Shown: in pieces, positions 8,980 through 18,055 of the stretch
Layout of the letters: each line of letters opens with the position of its first letter
Numbering within the stretch: the stretch's first letter is position 1
Sequence record: SRR20825006_221
Direction: 5' to 3' (one strand)
DNA length: 58,524 bases
Made by a program: the position numbers and the translations under genes
The notes under the pieces: model-generated
Seen by the model: the letters and a program-made list of their open reading frames with translations, nothing else
Database searches by the model: none
Told to the model about the DNA's origin: nothing

Positions 8980-10830
8980 TTAACTTATATCTTTTACGTT
9001 TTCTTTCGCATATAGTAATGCTTCTTCAAAAGTTTCAAATATTCTATCTTTTGGAACTAAATCTGGAATGATATCAATTTTTTCCATCATAACGCGTGGT
9101 TGCGTCTGAAGGTTTTCAAGAATAGTTTTAATTCCTTTTCTTGAAATATTCATCAATACTTCTTCCAAAGCGTACAAACCCGATTGATCAATGTATGGTG
9201 TTTTCCCCATCCTGATAATTACATGTGTTGCTGTATCAGGAAGTTCATTTGCTAATTTTTGAAAATCTGAGGTATACCCAAAAAACAATGGTCCTTCCAA
9301 ACGTTTTATAAACACTTCTTCTTTAAGGTTTTCAGGGAAATTTAATTCATCTTTCCAAGCAACAGAAAGTTCATCCGCATTTTTAAGTTGAACTAGTTTA
9401 GATTGGTCAGCGGTTAAGTCTCCAATTTTTTTCATAAATATAATTGAAGCTAAAACGAGCCCAATTCCTACGGCATATACCAAGTTCCAAAACACAGAAA
9501 GTAGCATTACTACAATCATAATGGTTACTTCGGCTTTTTGCATTTTTGGAATTGCTTTTAGTCCTTTATAATCCATTACACCGATCCCAACAGTTATCAA
9601 AATCCCTGCAAGTACAGCCGCTGGAATTTGAGAAGCTATTGGGCCTAACGCCAATAAAATAACGAGCAGTAATACTGCGGCTACCATTCCTGAAAGTTTG
9701 GTTGTTCCTCCAGCATTTATGTTTACAACGGTACGAATTGTTGCCCCCGCTCCTGGAATACCTCCAAAAATTGCAGCTACACTATTACCAATCCCTTGCC
9801 CCATCAATTCCTGATTCGGGTTGTGTTTGGTTTTAGTCATATTGTCTGCAACTACAGAAGTTAATAAGGAATCGATACTTCCTAAAAAAGCTAATGTTAA
9901 TGCCGTAAAAACATAAGGAGAAATTTGCCCAAATTGAAATTGACTAAACATATCTATGTTTGGGATTGGGAATCCTCCTGGAATTTGGTCAATAGGTTGG
10001 TAGTCTAGGTTTAGTGCATACGCACCGACTGAAACTACCAGTAATGCCACCAAGGTACTTGGTATTTTAGTAGTTATTTTTTTGAAACCAAAAATTATTA
10101 AAATGGTAAGCGAAGCTAAAATAAACTCTAACCAATTTATAAATGAAAGGGCTCTAGGCAATGCTTTAATTGCGCCGGCTACACCAGAGTTTTCTGCTTT
10201 TGCTAGCGTTTTTGCTTCTTGTAAAATTTCTTCTTCTGAAATTTTTTCAGAGCGTTCTACGGTTTCTCTAAAATCTTCAAGAACCAAAATGCCTTCACCA
10301 GCTTCGTCCTTAAGGATTTTTGTCATTAATACTTCTTCAGCTTTTGGCTTGAAGGTTTCAATAAAAGCGGTGTCATTTTCAGTATAATATCCTAAAACAG
10401 GAAGTAGTTGCGTAATTAAAATTATCACCCCAATTGCCGTCATAAATCCTGAAACCACGGGATATGGAATGTACTTTATGTATTTACCAACGCCTGTAAT
10501 GCCTAATAAAATCTGCATTAAACCTGCCATTAAAAAAACAAGTAAAATGTAAGGCATGGCTACTTCTACATCGCCATTATTTGCGGCAATAATACCTGCA
10601 ACCATCACCATGGATACAGCCGTCATTGGAGCTGTTGGGCCTGAAATTTGGGTATTCGTACCTCCGAAAAGTGAAGCAAAAAATCCAATAAATATGGCGC
10701 CATACAATCCTGCATCGGGACCTAGCCCAGATTGCACCCCGAAAGCTAAGGCTAGTGGAAGTGCAACAATACCAGCGGTAATACCGCCAAATAGGTTTCC
10801 TCTAAAATTTGAGAATATATTTTTAGTCAT
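8980..10830 (-). CDS. SulP/SLC26 anion (bicarbonate) transporter, BicA-like, with STAS domain
   Basis: GITAGIVALPLALAFG, QISGPTAPM, GAGATIRT and GPLFFG STAS motif. Confidence 0.92.
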   Translation of the reverse strand: MTKNIFSNFRGNLFGGITAGIVALPLALAFGVQSGLGPDAGLYGAIFIGFFASLFGGTNTQISGPTAPMTAVSMVMVAGIIAANNGDVEVAMPYILLVFLMAGLMQILLGITGVGKYIKYIPYPVVSGFMTAIGVIILITQLLPVLGYYTENDTAFIETFKPKAEEVLMTKILKDEAGEGILVLEDFRETVERSEKISEEEILQEAKTLAKAENSGVAGAIKALPRALSFINWLEFILASLTILIIFGFKKITTKIPSTLVALLVVSVGAYALNLDYQPIDQIPGGFPIPNIDMFSQFQFGQISPYVFTALTLAFLGSIDSLLTSVVADNMTKTKHNPNQELMGQGIGNSVAAIFGGIPGAGATIRTVVNINAGGTTKLSGMVAAVLLLVILLALGPIASQIPAAVLAGILITVGIGVMDYKGLKAIPKMQKAEVTIMIVVMLLSVFWNLVYAVGIGLVLASIIFMKKIGDLTADQSKLVQLKNADELSVAWKDELNFPENLKEEVFIKRLEGPLFFGYTSDFQKLANELPDTATHVIIRMGKTPYIDQSGLYALEEVLMNISRKGIKTILENLQTQPRVMMEKIDIIPDLVPKDRIFETFEEALLYAKENVKDIS

Positions 10831-10992
10831 AATTATTGGGTATTAATTCATTAAAAATTTCGTTTTCACAACGGGTTCATTACAATTTCAGTTGTAATAT
10901 ATTTTTTGAACTTAGTCATGAAATCGTTACTAATTTAATCTTTTCAAGGTCAAAACAATTGATTTATGCCGTTGATTATCAAAAAGTTATAA

Positions 10993-11030
10993 ATTGGATA
11001 GTATTAATAGTTCAATTAACACTATCCAAT
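10993..11030 (-). terminator. Stem-loop downstream of the carbonic anhydrase (terminator or mRNA stabiliser)
   Basis: Minus strand ATTGGATAGTGTTAAT-tgaact-ATTAATACTATCCAAT, a 16-bp stem with one G-U pair. Confidence 0.6.
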
Positions 11031-11063
11031 CTTTTTTTGCTCTTTATCAATTAACAATATCTT

Positions 11064-11693
11064 TTATTCTATAAAAGAAACAGCTCCAGTGTTGATATCG
11101 TACATAGCACCTACAACATCAATTTCGTTTTTGTCTTCCATTTCTTTTAATACGGGGCTTAAGCTTCTTATTTTATCAATAGTAAGGCTTACATTTTTTT
11201 CAGCGACAGCATCTACAAAATCGAGGTTTTTAGAGTTTCGTAGCGATTCTTCTTTTGGAAGTGGGACTGCTTGTACCGCTGGTTTTATTTTTTCAAGCAT
11301 CGTTGTAAGATTTCCCATTTTGGCATCATCACATGCTCCTTTTATTGCGCCACAGCTGGTGTGCCCTAATACAACAATTAGTTTGGTTCCTGCCAATTTA
11401 GAAGCAAACTCCATGCTTCCTAGAATATCTTCATTGACGAAATTTCCAGCAATTCGCACACTAAAAATATCTCCTAAACCTTGGTCGAAAACCAGTTCTG
11501 CAGATACTCTTGAATCAATACAACTTAAAATAGTAGCAAAAGGAAATTGGCCATCACTTGTATCATTAACCTGCTCTAACAGATTTCTATTTGCTTTTAA
11601 GTTATTTTGAAACCTTTGGTTTCCTTCTTTTAAATATTGTAATGCTTTTTGAGGCGTCATTGTAGCCTGTGTTTCTCTTGTATGTGCTTTCAT
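11064..11693 (-). CDS. can: Beta-class carbonic anhydrase
   Basis: Zinc ligands CIDSR and HTSCG; GDIFSVRIAGN. Confidence 0.93.
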   Translation of the reverse strand: MKAHTRETQATMTPQKALQYLKEGNQRFQNNLKANRNLLEQVNDTSDGQFPFATILSCIDSRVSAELVFDQGLGDIFSVRIAGNFVNEDILGSMEFASKLAGTKLIVVLGHTSCGAIKGACDDAKMGNLTTMLEKIKPAVQAVPLPKEESLRNSKNLDFVDAVAEKNVSLTIDKIRSLSPVLKEMEDKNEIDVVGAMYDINTGAVSFIE

Positions 11694-11708
11694 AATATTT
11701 TAATTTTT

Positions 11709-12524
11709 TTATAATGAATTGTTTAATTGTAGTTTCTCTCTGTTTACTAAAAGGGAAACATTTAGATTGTCCATTGCTTCTTTAATGTTTGATTCTGCAA
11801 GGGAAACCCCATTTTTTCTATTAATGCACAATAAATTAATATTGTTTACAGAAATATATTTTGATACGTTTTTAACTGCATTATCACCTTGCTCAAACGT
11901 GTATGCTTCTGTCTGTATAGGTGATGTAGTTTTGTTTAATTCAGAATCCTTTTTTGAAAGAATATTAAATGATTTTAAAGGCGTTTCTGAATTTGCTAAT
12001 AATGCTGCCGCAAAATCAATATTGAATGAATGCGTAACATCATTAAACAAGCCAATCGCAACTTTTTTATTTGGCTCGATTGCATTTTTTTCAGCAGCTA
12101 TAAACACAACTCCTTCAAAATTAGTGAGCATAAAATGTGTAAGGCTATCACCAATAAACTTTAATCGTTTTGGTTTTCTTTTTCCAAGAACAACAATGTC
12201 TGGTTTGGTTTCTTTAATATAATCTTTAATTTCATTTTTTACATTTCCTATGGTAAAACTATAGCTGATTGGCATCCCAAATTCTTCTGAAATTGGTGTA
12301 ATAAGCTGTTGTATATTTTTACTAATTAGGTGATGCTCTTCTTTAATATTTCGAATTGCTGAAAGTTGATTATCTCTAACTACAACGTCAGTGGGTTTTT
12401 TAACGTGAAAAAAATCAATTTGCCCACCAATCATCTTGGCTAGACTAACTGTACTTTTTAAGGTGTTTTCAGTAGTTTTTTTCAAATCTGAAAGCACGAG
12501 TATTTTATAATTATTATTTTTCAT
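11709..12524 (-). CDS. Universal stress protein (tandem USP-like)
   Basis: KILVLSD, FFHV and DIVVLG...IGDSLT USP pattern. Confidence 0.75.
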   Translation of the reverse strand: MKNNNYKILVLSDLKKTTENTLKSTVSLAKMIGGQIDFFHVKKPTDVVVRDNQLSAIRNIKEEHHLISKNIQQLITPISEEFGMPISYSFTIGNVKNEIKDYIKETKPDIVVLGKRKPKRLKFIGDSLTHFMLTNFEGVVFIAAEKNAIEPNKKVAIGLFNDVTHSFNIDFAAALLANSETPLKSFNILSKKDSELNKTTSPIQTEAYTFEQGDNAVKNVSKYISVNNINLLCINRKNGVSLAESNIKEAMDNLNVSLLVNREKLQLNNSL

Positions 12525-12534
12525 AGGATTTCGT

Positions 12535-14115
12535 TTAAGCAGATTTAGGTCTTAATTTGAAAAACTCAATAAAGCTTTCAGGATTTTCAACTATTTCTCT
12601 TTCTGAAATTAATTTGATATCTATATTTCGCTCTTTAGCTTTAAATGCGAAATCATCCAATATTTCAATAATATCGTTATCTAAAAATCGTGTTTTGGTA
12701 ACATCCAGCTCTAAGTAGGTATCTCTTGGCAAGCTATCTAGTTCATTTAAGATTGCACCTTTATTAAAAAATGTAACTTCTTCAGCAAGGGTCATTTTTA
12801 TTTTATGCTTTCCATTACTTTTATCTTCAATATGAAGAAAGTGTGAGTTTTGGTAGCTTTTAATCAAAATAACAACCACTCCAACGCCTATTCCTAAACC
12901 AATACCAGTTAATAAATCGGTGAAAACAATACCTAAAACAGTAACAATAAAAGGAATCCACTGCTTCCAACCTTGTTTGTACATTTGTTTAAATAAGGAT
13001 GGTTTTGCCAGTTTATAGCCTACAACTAATAATATTGCTGCTAAAACAGATAAAGGAATCATATTCAGTAAGCGAGGTATAATAATTACCGAAATCAGTA
13101 AAAGAAACCCATGAAGGATTGTTGCTAATTTCGTTTTTCCACCCGACTGAATATTTGCCGAACTTCTTACAATTACTTGTGTAATAGGTAAGCCTCCAAT
13201 TAAACCAGAAATAACATTACCTGTCCCTTGTGCCAATAACTCTCTGTTAGTAGGAGTTACGTTTTTATCAGGATCAATTTTATCGGAAGCTTCAACACAC
13301 AATAATGTTTCTAAACTTGCTACCAATGCAATAGTAAAAGCAACCACCCAAACATCCATATTGGTAATTACTGCAAAATTTGGAAAACTAAATTGACCTA
13401 AAAATGAATCAAGGTTATCTGGGATAGGCACTTCAACTAAATGCTTTCCATTTATGGCAAAATAACTATTTCCTTGAGTTACAATATGAAATAAAATACC
13501 AAGTACAACTACCACGAATGGTCCTTGAATAATCTTAAATAATTTAGATTTTTTTGTTAAAACTTTATCCCAAAGAATTAAAAGCAATAAACTTATAATT
13601 CCAATTAAAGCGGCACCTGGCGTTACATTTCCTATTATAGCAAACAATTCTGAGAAGGTATTACCACCGTCAATTTCAAAAAACACTAGATCCCAGGCAG
13701 ATTCTTCATCATACCCAAAAAAGTTAGGAATTTGTTTTAATATAATAATTATTCCAATCCCCGTCAGCATTCCTTTAATAACAGATGAAGGAAAATAATA
13801 ACCAATAATTCCTGCTTTTAAAACTCCAAAAAGAATTTGAATAATTCCTCCTAAAACAACGGCTACAAGAAAATTTTCATAACCGCCTAAAGTACCTATG
13901 GCAGTTAAAACTATAGCAGCCAATCCTGCCGCGGGACCACTAACTCCAACTTTAGAACCACTTAAGGCTCCAACAACAACTCCTCCAATAATACCAGCAA
14001 TTAAGCCGGAAAACAAAGGTGCACCACTTGCAAGCGCAATACCTAAACACAATGGTAAGGCAACAAAAAACACGACAATACTTGCCGGCAAGTCATTTTT
14101 AATATTTTTAAACAT
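12535..14115 (-). CDS. SulP family anion transporter (carbonic-anhydrase-associated type)
   Basis: DLPASIVVFFVALPLCLGIALASG, SGPAAGL and GGLPITQVIVRSS. Confidence 0.92.
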   Translation of the reverse strand: MFKNIKNDLPASIVVFFVALPLCLGIALASGAPLFSGLIAGIIGGVVVGALSGSKVGVSGPAAGLAAIVLTAIGTLGGYENFLVAVVLGGIIQILFGVLKAGIIGYYFPSSVIKGMLTGIGIIIILKQIPNFFGYDEESAWDLVFFEIDGGNTFSELFAIIGNVTPGAALIGIISLLLLILWDKVLTKKSKLFKIIQGPFVVVVLGILFHIVTQGNSYFAINGKHLVEVPIPDNLDSFLGQFSFPNFAVITNMDVWVVAFTIALVASLETLLCVEASDKIDPDKNVTPTNRELLAQGTGNVISGLIGGLPITQVIVRSSANIQSGGKTKLATILHGFLLLISVIIIPRLLNMIPLSVLAAILLVVGYKLAKPSLFKQMYKQGWKQWIPFIVTVLGIVFTDLLTGIGLGIGVGVVVILIKSYQNSHFLHIEDKSNGKHKIKMTLAEEVTFFNKGAILNELDSLPRDTYLELDVTKTRFLDNDIIEILDDFAFKAKERNIDIKLISEREIVENPESFIEFFKLRPKSA

Positions 14116-14177
14116 AAATTTTTTACACTATAATACTTACAGAAAACCTGTAATTTTTAAATTAATAATTTGATAGA

Positions 14178-14220
14178 TTGAATACAGTCCGAGCAATACA
14201 TATTGTCGGATATTATTCAA
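14178..14220 (-). promoter_or_regulatory. Long imperfect RNA hairpin in the sulP leader
   Basis: Minus strand TTGAATA-ata-TCCGA-CAATA-tg-TATTG-c-TCGGA-ctg-TATTCAA. Confidence 0.55.
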
Positions 14221-14263
14221 GAAACCCTTCCTTTTTGGAAAGATTAAAAAGATGTAAAAATGA

Positions 14264-14557
14264 TTATGCTAATTTTGGCGGAGGTGAAACCACATCCAGA
14301 AATACCATCTTGTAGTTATTTAGATAGTATTGAAAATTATTTTTTTGTTGTTTTAAGAATTGAATAGCCGCTAAACTGGACTTTAAATCATTCACTTGAT
14401 ATTCTGAAACTAACTTAGGAAGTTTAACAGAATTTTCCTCTTCATTCATTGAAAAGAAGGCAGAAACATCTGCTTGATTCCCAGAAATAGTAATAATAGC
14501 AGGCGTTACAAGAAAACTTGTAAATACTATTAGAAGAAAAATACTGGTTAACCTCAA
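14264..14557 (-). CDS. Small protein with N-terminal hydrophobic segment and C-terminal SPPP; candidate leader/arrest peptide
   Basis: 97 aa, TTG start after an A-rich stretch, acidic NEEEN, ends VVSPPPKLA, directly upstream of sulP. Confidence 0.7.
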   Translation of the reverse strand: MRLTSIFLLIVFTSFLVTPAIITISGNQADVSAFFSMNEEENSVKLPKLVSEYQVNDLKSSLAAIQFLKQQKNNFQYYLNNYKMVFLDVVSPPPKLA

Positions 14558-14624
14558 GCGAATTTTTTTTAAGAGAACAAAAATAAGTGTTTGAAGATTA
14601 TTTCCTGTTAAGTAAATATTAAAA

Positions 14625-15413
14625 CTAAAGCTGTTTTAAGTCGGTAGCAGGAATCCAACCGTCTTTTCCATCTGCCAAAGTTATACGGTACCAATTTCCG
14701 TCTTGCGCAGCAATTTGAACTTTAGTGCCTTCATGAAGTGTAAACGCCACATTACTGCCCATAGAGGGTTCTGTTTTTACTTCAATTTCACTTGTAAAAA
14801 TAATTGCGGGTTGGTTTTTTGAATTATCGCCATAAACCAAAAATGCCATCGTTAACGAAGTAACCAAAAATAACCCAATAATCATTGAACTAACAAAAAG
14901 CAATCGTTTTCTTCTTTCCGTAAATGCGAAATAATAAAAAAGAAATAAAGCCACAAAAAATACAGAAAATGCGACTGCTAAAATTGCCCAACCTTCAAAA
15001 GTAAATATGGTTGAAACGTTTTCATACCATTTAGCAAAAACAGTTTTGGGTAAAGGTTCTATGGAGTCAATTCGAGCGTTTTCGGCATATGCCAAGTTGT
15101 TTTTTATATCAGCATCGTTAGGAGAAAGCTGGAGCGCTTTTTCGTAATAATAAACACTCGGCCCAATATGATTCAATTTATACTGCGCATTTCCTAAGTT
15201 GAAATAAAGCTCTGCTGAATGCTCACCTTTCTCTAAAATTTCCATCCAAACATTAACTGCTTGTTGGTATTTTCCGTTTTTATAAAGTTCCTTTCCTTGT
15301 TCAAAAAGATTTTGATTTTGTGAAAAAGCAGAAAATGAAAGAAAAACCAACCCGAAAAAGAGAAAGATTTTCCCTTGAAATTTTTTAGCCTTTTTATTTA
15401 TTTCGTTATTCAT
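14625..15413 (-). CDS. batE: BatE (TPR plus SH3b)
   Basis: TPR YFNLGNA..K, two TM helices, LHEGTKV...GWI SH3; operon position. Confidence 0.9.
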   Translation of the reverse strand: MNNEINKKAKKFQGKIFLFFGLVFLSFSAFSQNQNLFEQGKELYKNGKYQQAVNVWMEILEKGEHSAELYFNLGNAQYKLNHIGPSVYYYEKALQLSPNDADIKNNLAYAENARIDSIEPLPKTVFAKWYENVSTIFTFEGWAILAVAFSVFFVALFLFYYFAFTERRKRLLFVSSMIIGLFLVTSLTMAFLVYGDNSKNQPAIIFTSEIEVKTEPSMGSNVAFTLHEGTKVQIAAQDGNWYRITLADGKDGWIPATDLKQL

Positions 15414-15415
15414 AA

Positions 15416-17185
15416 TTAAACAATCTGTTTATCAATGTTTGAAATAATCTCTACTGCCTTGCTGTAATCTTGTTGTACAGACGCAGTGGAAGACGAAGCA
15501 TAACGAGCAAATTCACAGCTTTTTAACAAGCCAATAAAATTCTCTACAACCGAAGTTTCTACATTGCGCTCCAATAACATTTTTGAAATCCCGCTTTTCT
15601 CCATTTCTGAAGTTTCAATATTTAACTTCGCTTTTAGGTAATTGTGAAGTGCGCGTTCTAAAGATTCATAAAAAGTAACTGGGTTTGAAATGTTCTTTTT
15701 AGCCTCAGAAAGGTATTTTTTGGCAAGTTTATTCGCGCGTCGCAATTTGTTTCCTTCCACATCGCTTAAACGTGCTTTGCGTTTTTTGCCTGCTAGAATA
15801 AATAAAGGAATTAATAAAAATGGGCCGCCTAAAAGTGACCAAAACAATGGAGATTTAAAGAAATCTTCCTGTGCTATTGGCTTTAAGTTGGCATCCAATT
15901 TTAAATATTTGAAATTGTCTTTTGAAAGTACAACCTGCTTATTTGTTTCATTTGAATTGGTGGAAGCAGCTGCGCTAATAGGTCCGTTTTCAACTTCAAT
16001 AGTAAATTCTTTTGATGTGATGGTTTTATACGTTTCAGTTTTGGGATCGAAATACGAAAAAGTTATTGGGTTTATCGGATACGTTCCCTTAAATTGAGGC
16101 ACAATGGTATATGAATCTGTGATGGAACCTTGCATTCCACCTACGGTAGTATTTACACTTTCCGTATGTTCTGGCTCATAAACTTCCAGTGTATTTGGTA
16201 GTTTTAAGGTTGGTGCTGTAAATAATTTTAAATTTCCTTTCCCAGAAATCTTTACATCAAGTTGTAAGGATTCGTTCGCGTTGAGCGTTGTTTTATTTGT
16301 AGTAACATTAAAAGAAAGATCACCCACCGCCCCATTAAAACCATCAGGTTTTCCTTCTAAAGGAAGCGGTTTTACATCTATCGTTCTATTTCCTGCAGAA
16401 ATGGTTTTATTAACACGCTCCATTAATCTACGCCCAAAAATATCGCGGCGATTGCCTTGAACGTCTATGGGAATATCTAGCGTAAGTGGCTCAATATCTA
16501 ATTTTCCAGTTTTTTGAGGATAAAGAACGGTGGTTCTTAAAACTACGTAGCGGTAATTTTCACCATTATATTTGCCTTCGTAAACTTTAAAATTGTTTTT
16601 ATTGTCAATATTCTGGCTCCAGAAATCAGCGTATTTTGGATTGTCTATTTCACGCCATTGGCTGGTAATACTTACATCGTGTGAAACATAAAGTTTGTAA
16701 GTAACGGTAATAGCTTCGTTTAAATAAGGGTTTGCGTTTGAAACTTCTGCAACCAAATGCACATTCTCACTCGCCACATAATTTGCGTTACTTCCATCTT
16801 TAGGCACGTCAACTGCAGCAGTAACTTCCACTTCAACAGGCAAGGTTTTATAGGTTTCTCCACTAACCTCAATGGTTGCTTGCCCAATAGTTACTTTTCC
16901 ACGAGTTTGTGGTGCCAAAAAATACGAGTACGTTTTTGAAAAACTTCGCTTGCCGTTTATCCATGAATTGCTGATAGATTGGTTCGGACCACCTACTACT
17001 TTAAAATTTTCAAAACTTGGCGGTCTAAAATTGTCGCCATCTTGGTTCATTTCAAAATCTACGCGCAAACGCTCGTTTATTCCCAGTCTTTTCTTGCTCA
17101 CTTTGGCATCAAACTGAACTTGCGCCGTGACAGTGATACTGCACAGTACAAACCCCAATAAGAATAAAAAATTCTTCGTCTTCAT
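15416..17185 (-). CDS. batD: BatD
   Basis: Signal peptide, GPNQSISNSWING, FNGAVG, C-terminal TM and CEFARYA. Confidence 0.9.
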   Translation of the reverse strand: MKTKNFLFLLGFVLCSITVTAQVQFDAKVSKKRLGINERLRVDFEMNQDGDNFRPPSFENFKVVGGPNQSISNSWINGKRSFSKTYSYFLAPQTRGKVTIGQATIEVSGETYKTLPVEVEVTAAVDVPKDGSNANYVASENVHLVAEVSNANPYLNEAITVTYKLYVSHDVSITSQWREIDNPKYADFWSQNIDNKNNFKVYEGKYNGENYRYVVLRTTVLYPQKTGKLDIEPLTLDIPIDVQGNRRDIFGRRLMERVNKTISAGNRTIDVKPLPLEGKPDGFNGAVGDLSFNVTTNKTTLNANESLQLDVKISGKGNLKLFTAPTLKLPNTLEVYEPEHTESVNTTVGGMQGSITDSYTIVPQFKGTYPINPITFSYFDPKTETYKTITSKEFTIEVENGPISAAASTNSNETNKQVVLSKDNFKYLKLDANLKPIAQEDFFKSPLFWSLLGGPFLLIPLFILAGKKRKARLSDVEGNKLRRANKLAKKYLSEAKKNISNPVTFYESLERALHNYLKAKLNIETSEMEKSGISKMLLERNVETSVVENFIGLLKSCEFARYASSSTASVQQDYSKAVEIISNIDKQIV

Positions 17186-17189
17186 AATG

Positions 17190-18053
17190 CTACCAATCTT
17201 TATCCGATTTTACTTTTGCGCCTTTTTGCTTTTCAGCGTTTATTTTATCCTGCGTTTTTTTCTCTTCGTTATTCATTGCTTCCAACAAACTTTTTACCTG
17301 TTGAGGCGACAATTGCCCTGGAACAGGCTGCTGTTGCTGAGGTTTATCACCTTGTTCGTCTTTAGGTTTGTCAGGCTTTCCTTGGTCTTTTTCTTCATCT
17401 CCTTCTTTTTTATCCTCTTTTTGATCGCCTTTATCTTTGTCTTCTTTCTCGTCGCCTTTATCGCCTTCTTTATCTTTATTATCTTTATTATCCTGATTTT
17501 GTTGATCTTTTTGGTCTTTGTCGTCCTTTTTATCGTCTTGTGGTGGTGGCGGATTTTTTTCTAGTAAATCTTTTGCCAATGCTAAATTATAACGGGATTC
17601 CTCATCGTTGGGGTTATTCCGAAGTGCATTTTTATAGGCTTCAACGGCTTCAGTATATTTTTTTTCATTCATAAAAGTATTTCCCAAATTATGAAATGCT
17701 TTATGTTTTTCACTTTTTTCTGTAGCGGTGGTTGCAGCTTGTTGAAAACGAAGCATTGCCTCGGCATTTTTTTCTTTTCCGTAGTAAGCGGTACCCAAAT
17801 TGTACTTTGCAGTTTCACTTTTTGGATTTAAAGAAATTGATTTTCTGAAATCTGCTTCTGCAGTTGCAAATTCATTTTTTTGAAGTGACTGCTGTGCTTC
17901 ACTTAAATAATTCTGCGCTGCGCGTAGTTCCTTTTCCTGCTCTTTGGTTTGTTGTGCAAATGAATTCCACGAAAACAAAACCACACACAGAAACATACAC
18001 GAAATGTTTCGCATTGATTTTTTCTGAAAAAATGTTTTAACTTCAAAAATCAT
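17190..18053 (-). CDS. batC: BatC (TPR protein with D/K/Q-rich linker); alternative start at 18014
   Basis: TPRs (AFHNLGN, SRYNLALA), low-complexity linker, C-terminal KDW. Confidence 0.9.
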   Translation of the reverse strand: MIFEVKTFFQKKSMRNISCMFLCVVLFSWNSFAQQTKEQEKELRAAQNYLSEAQQSLQKNEFATAEADFRKSISLNPKSETAKYNLGTAYYGKEKNAEAMLRFQQAATTATEKSEKHKAFHNLGNTFMNEKKYTEAVEAYKNALRNNPNDEESRYNLALAKDLLEKNPPPPQDDKKDDKDQKDQQNQDNKDNKDKEGDKGDEKEDKDKGDQKEDKKEGDEEKDQGKPDKPKDEQGDKPQQQQPVPGQLSPQQVKSLLEAMNNEEKKTQDKINAEKQKGAKVKSDKDW

Positions 18054-18055
18054 CT

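Noticed and set aside
10836-11054. 72-aa plus-strand ORF in the can-sulP spacer
   Set aside because: Antisense to the operon, TTG start, runs through a hairpin, no recognisable motif.
14608-14622. TTAA-N7-TTAA motif, also at 24258-24272 and 43118-43132
   Set aside because: A few such hits are expected by chance in very AT-rich intergenic DNA; not separable from background without a genome-wide test.
17330-17550. Repetitive sequence in batC
   Set aside because: Ordinary D/K/Q-rich linker of BatC, not a DNA repeat element or CRISPR array.
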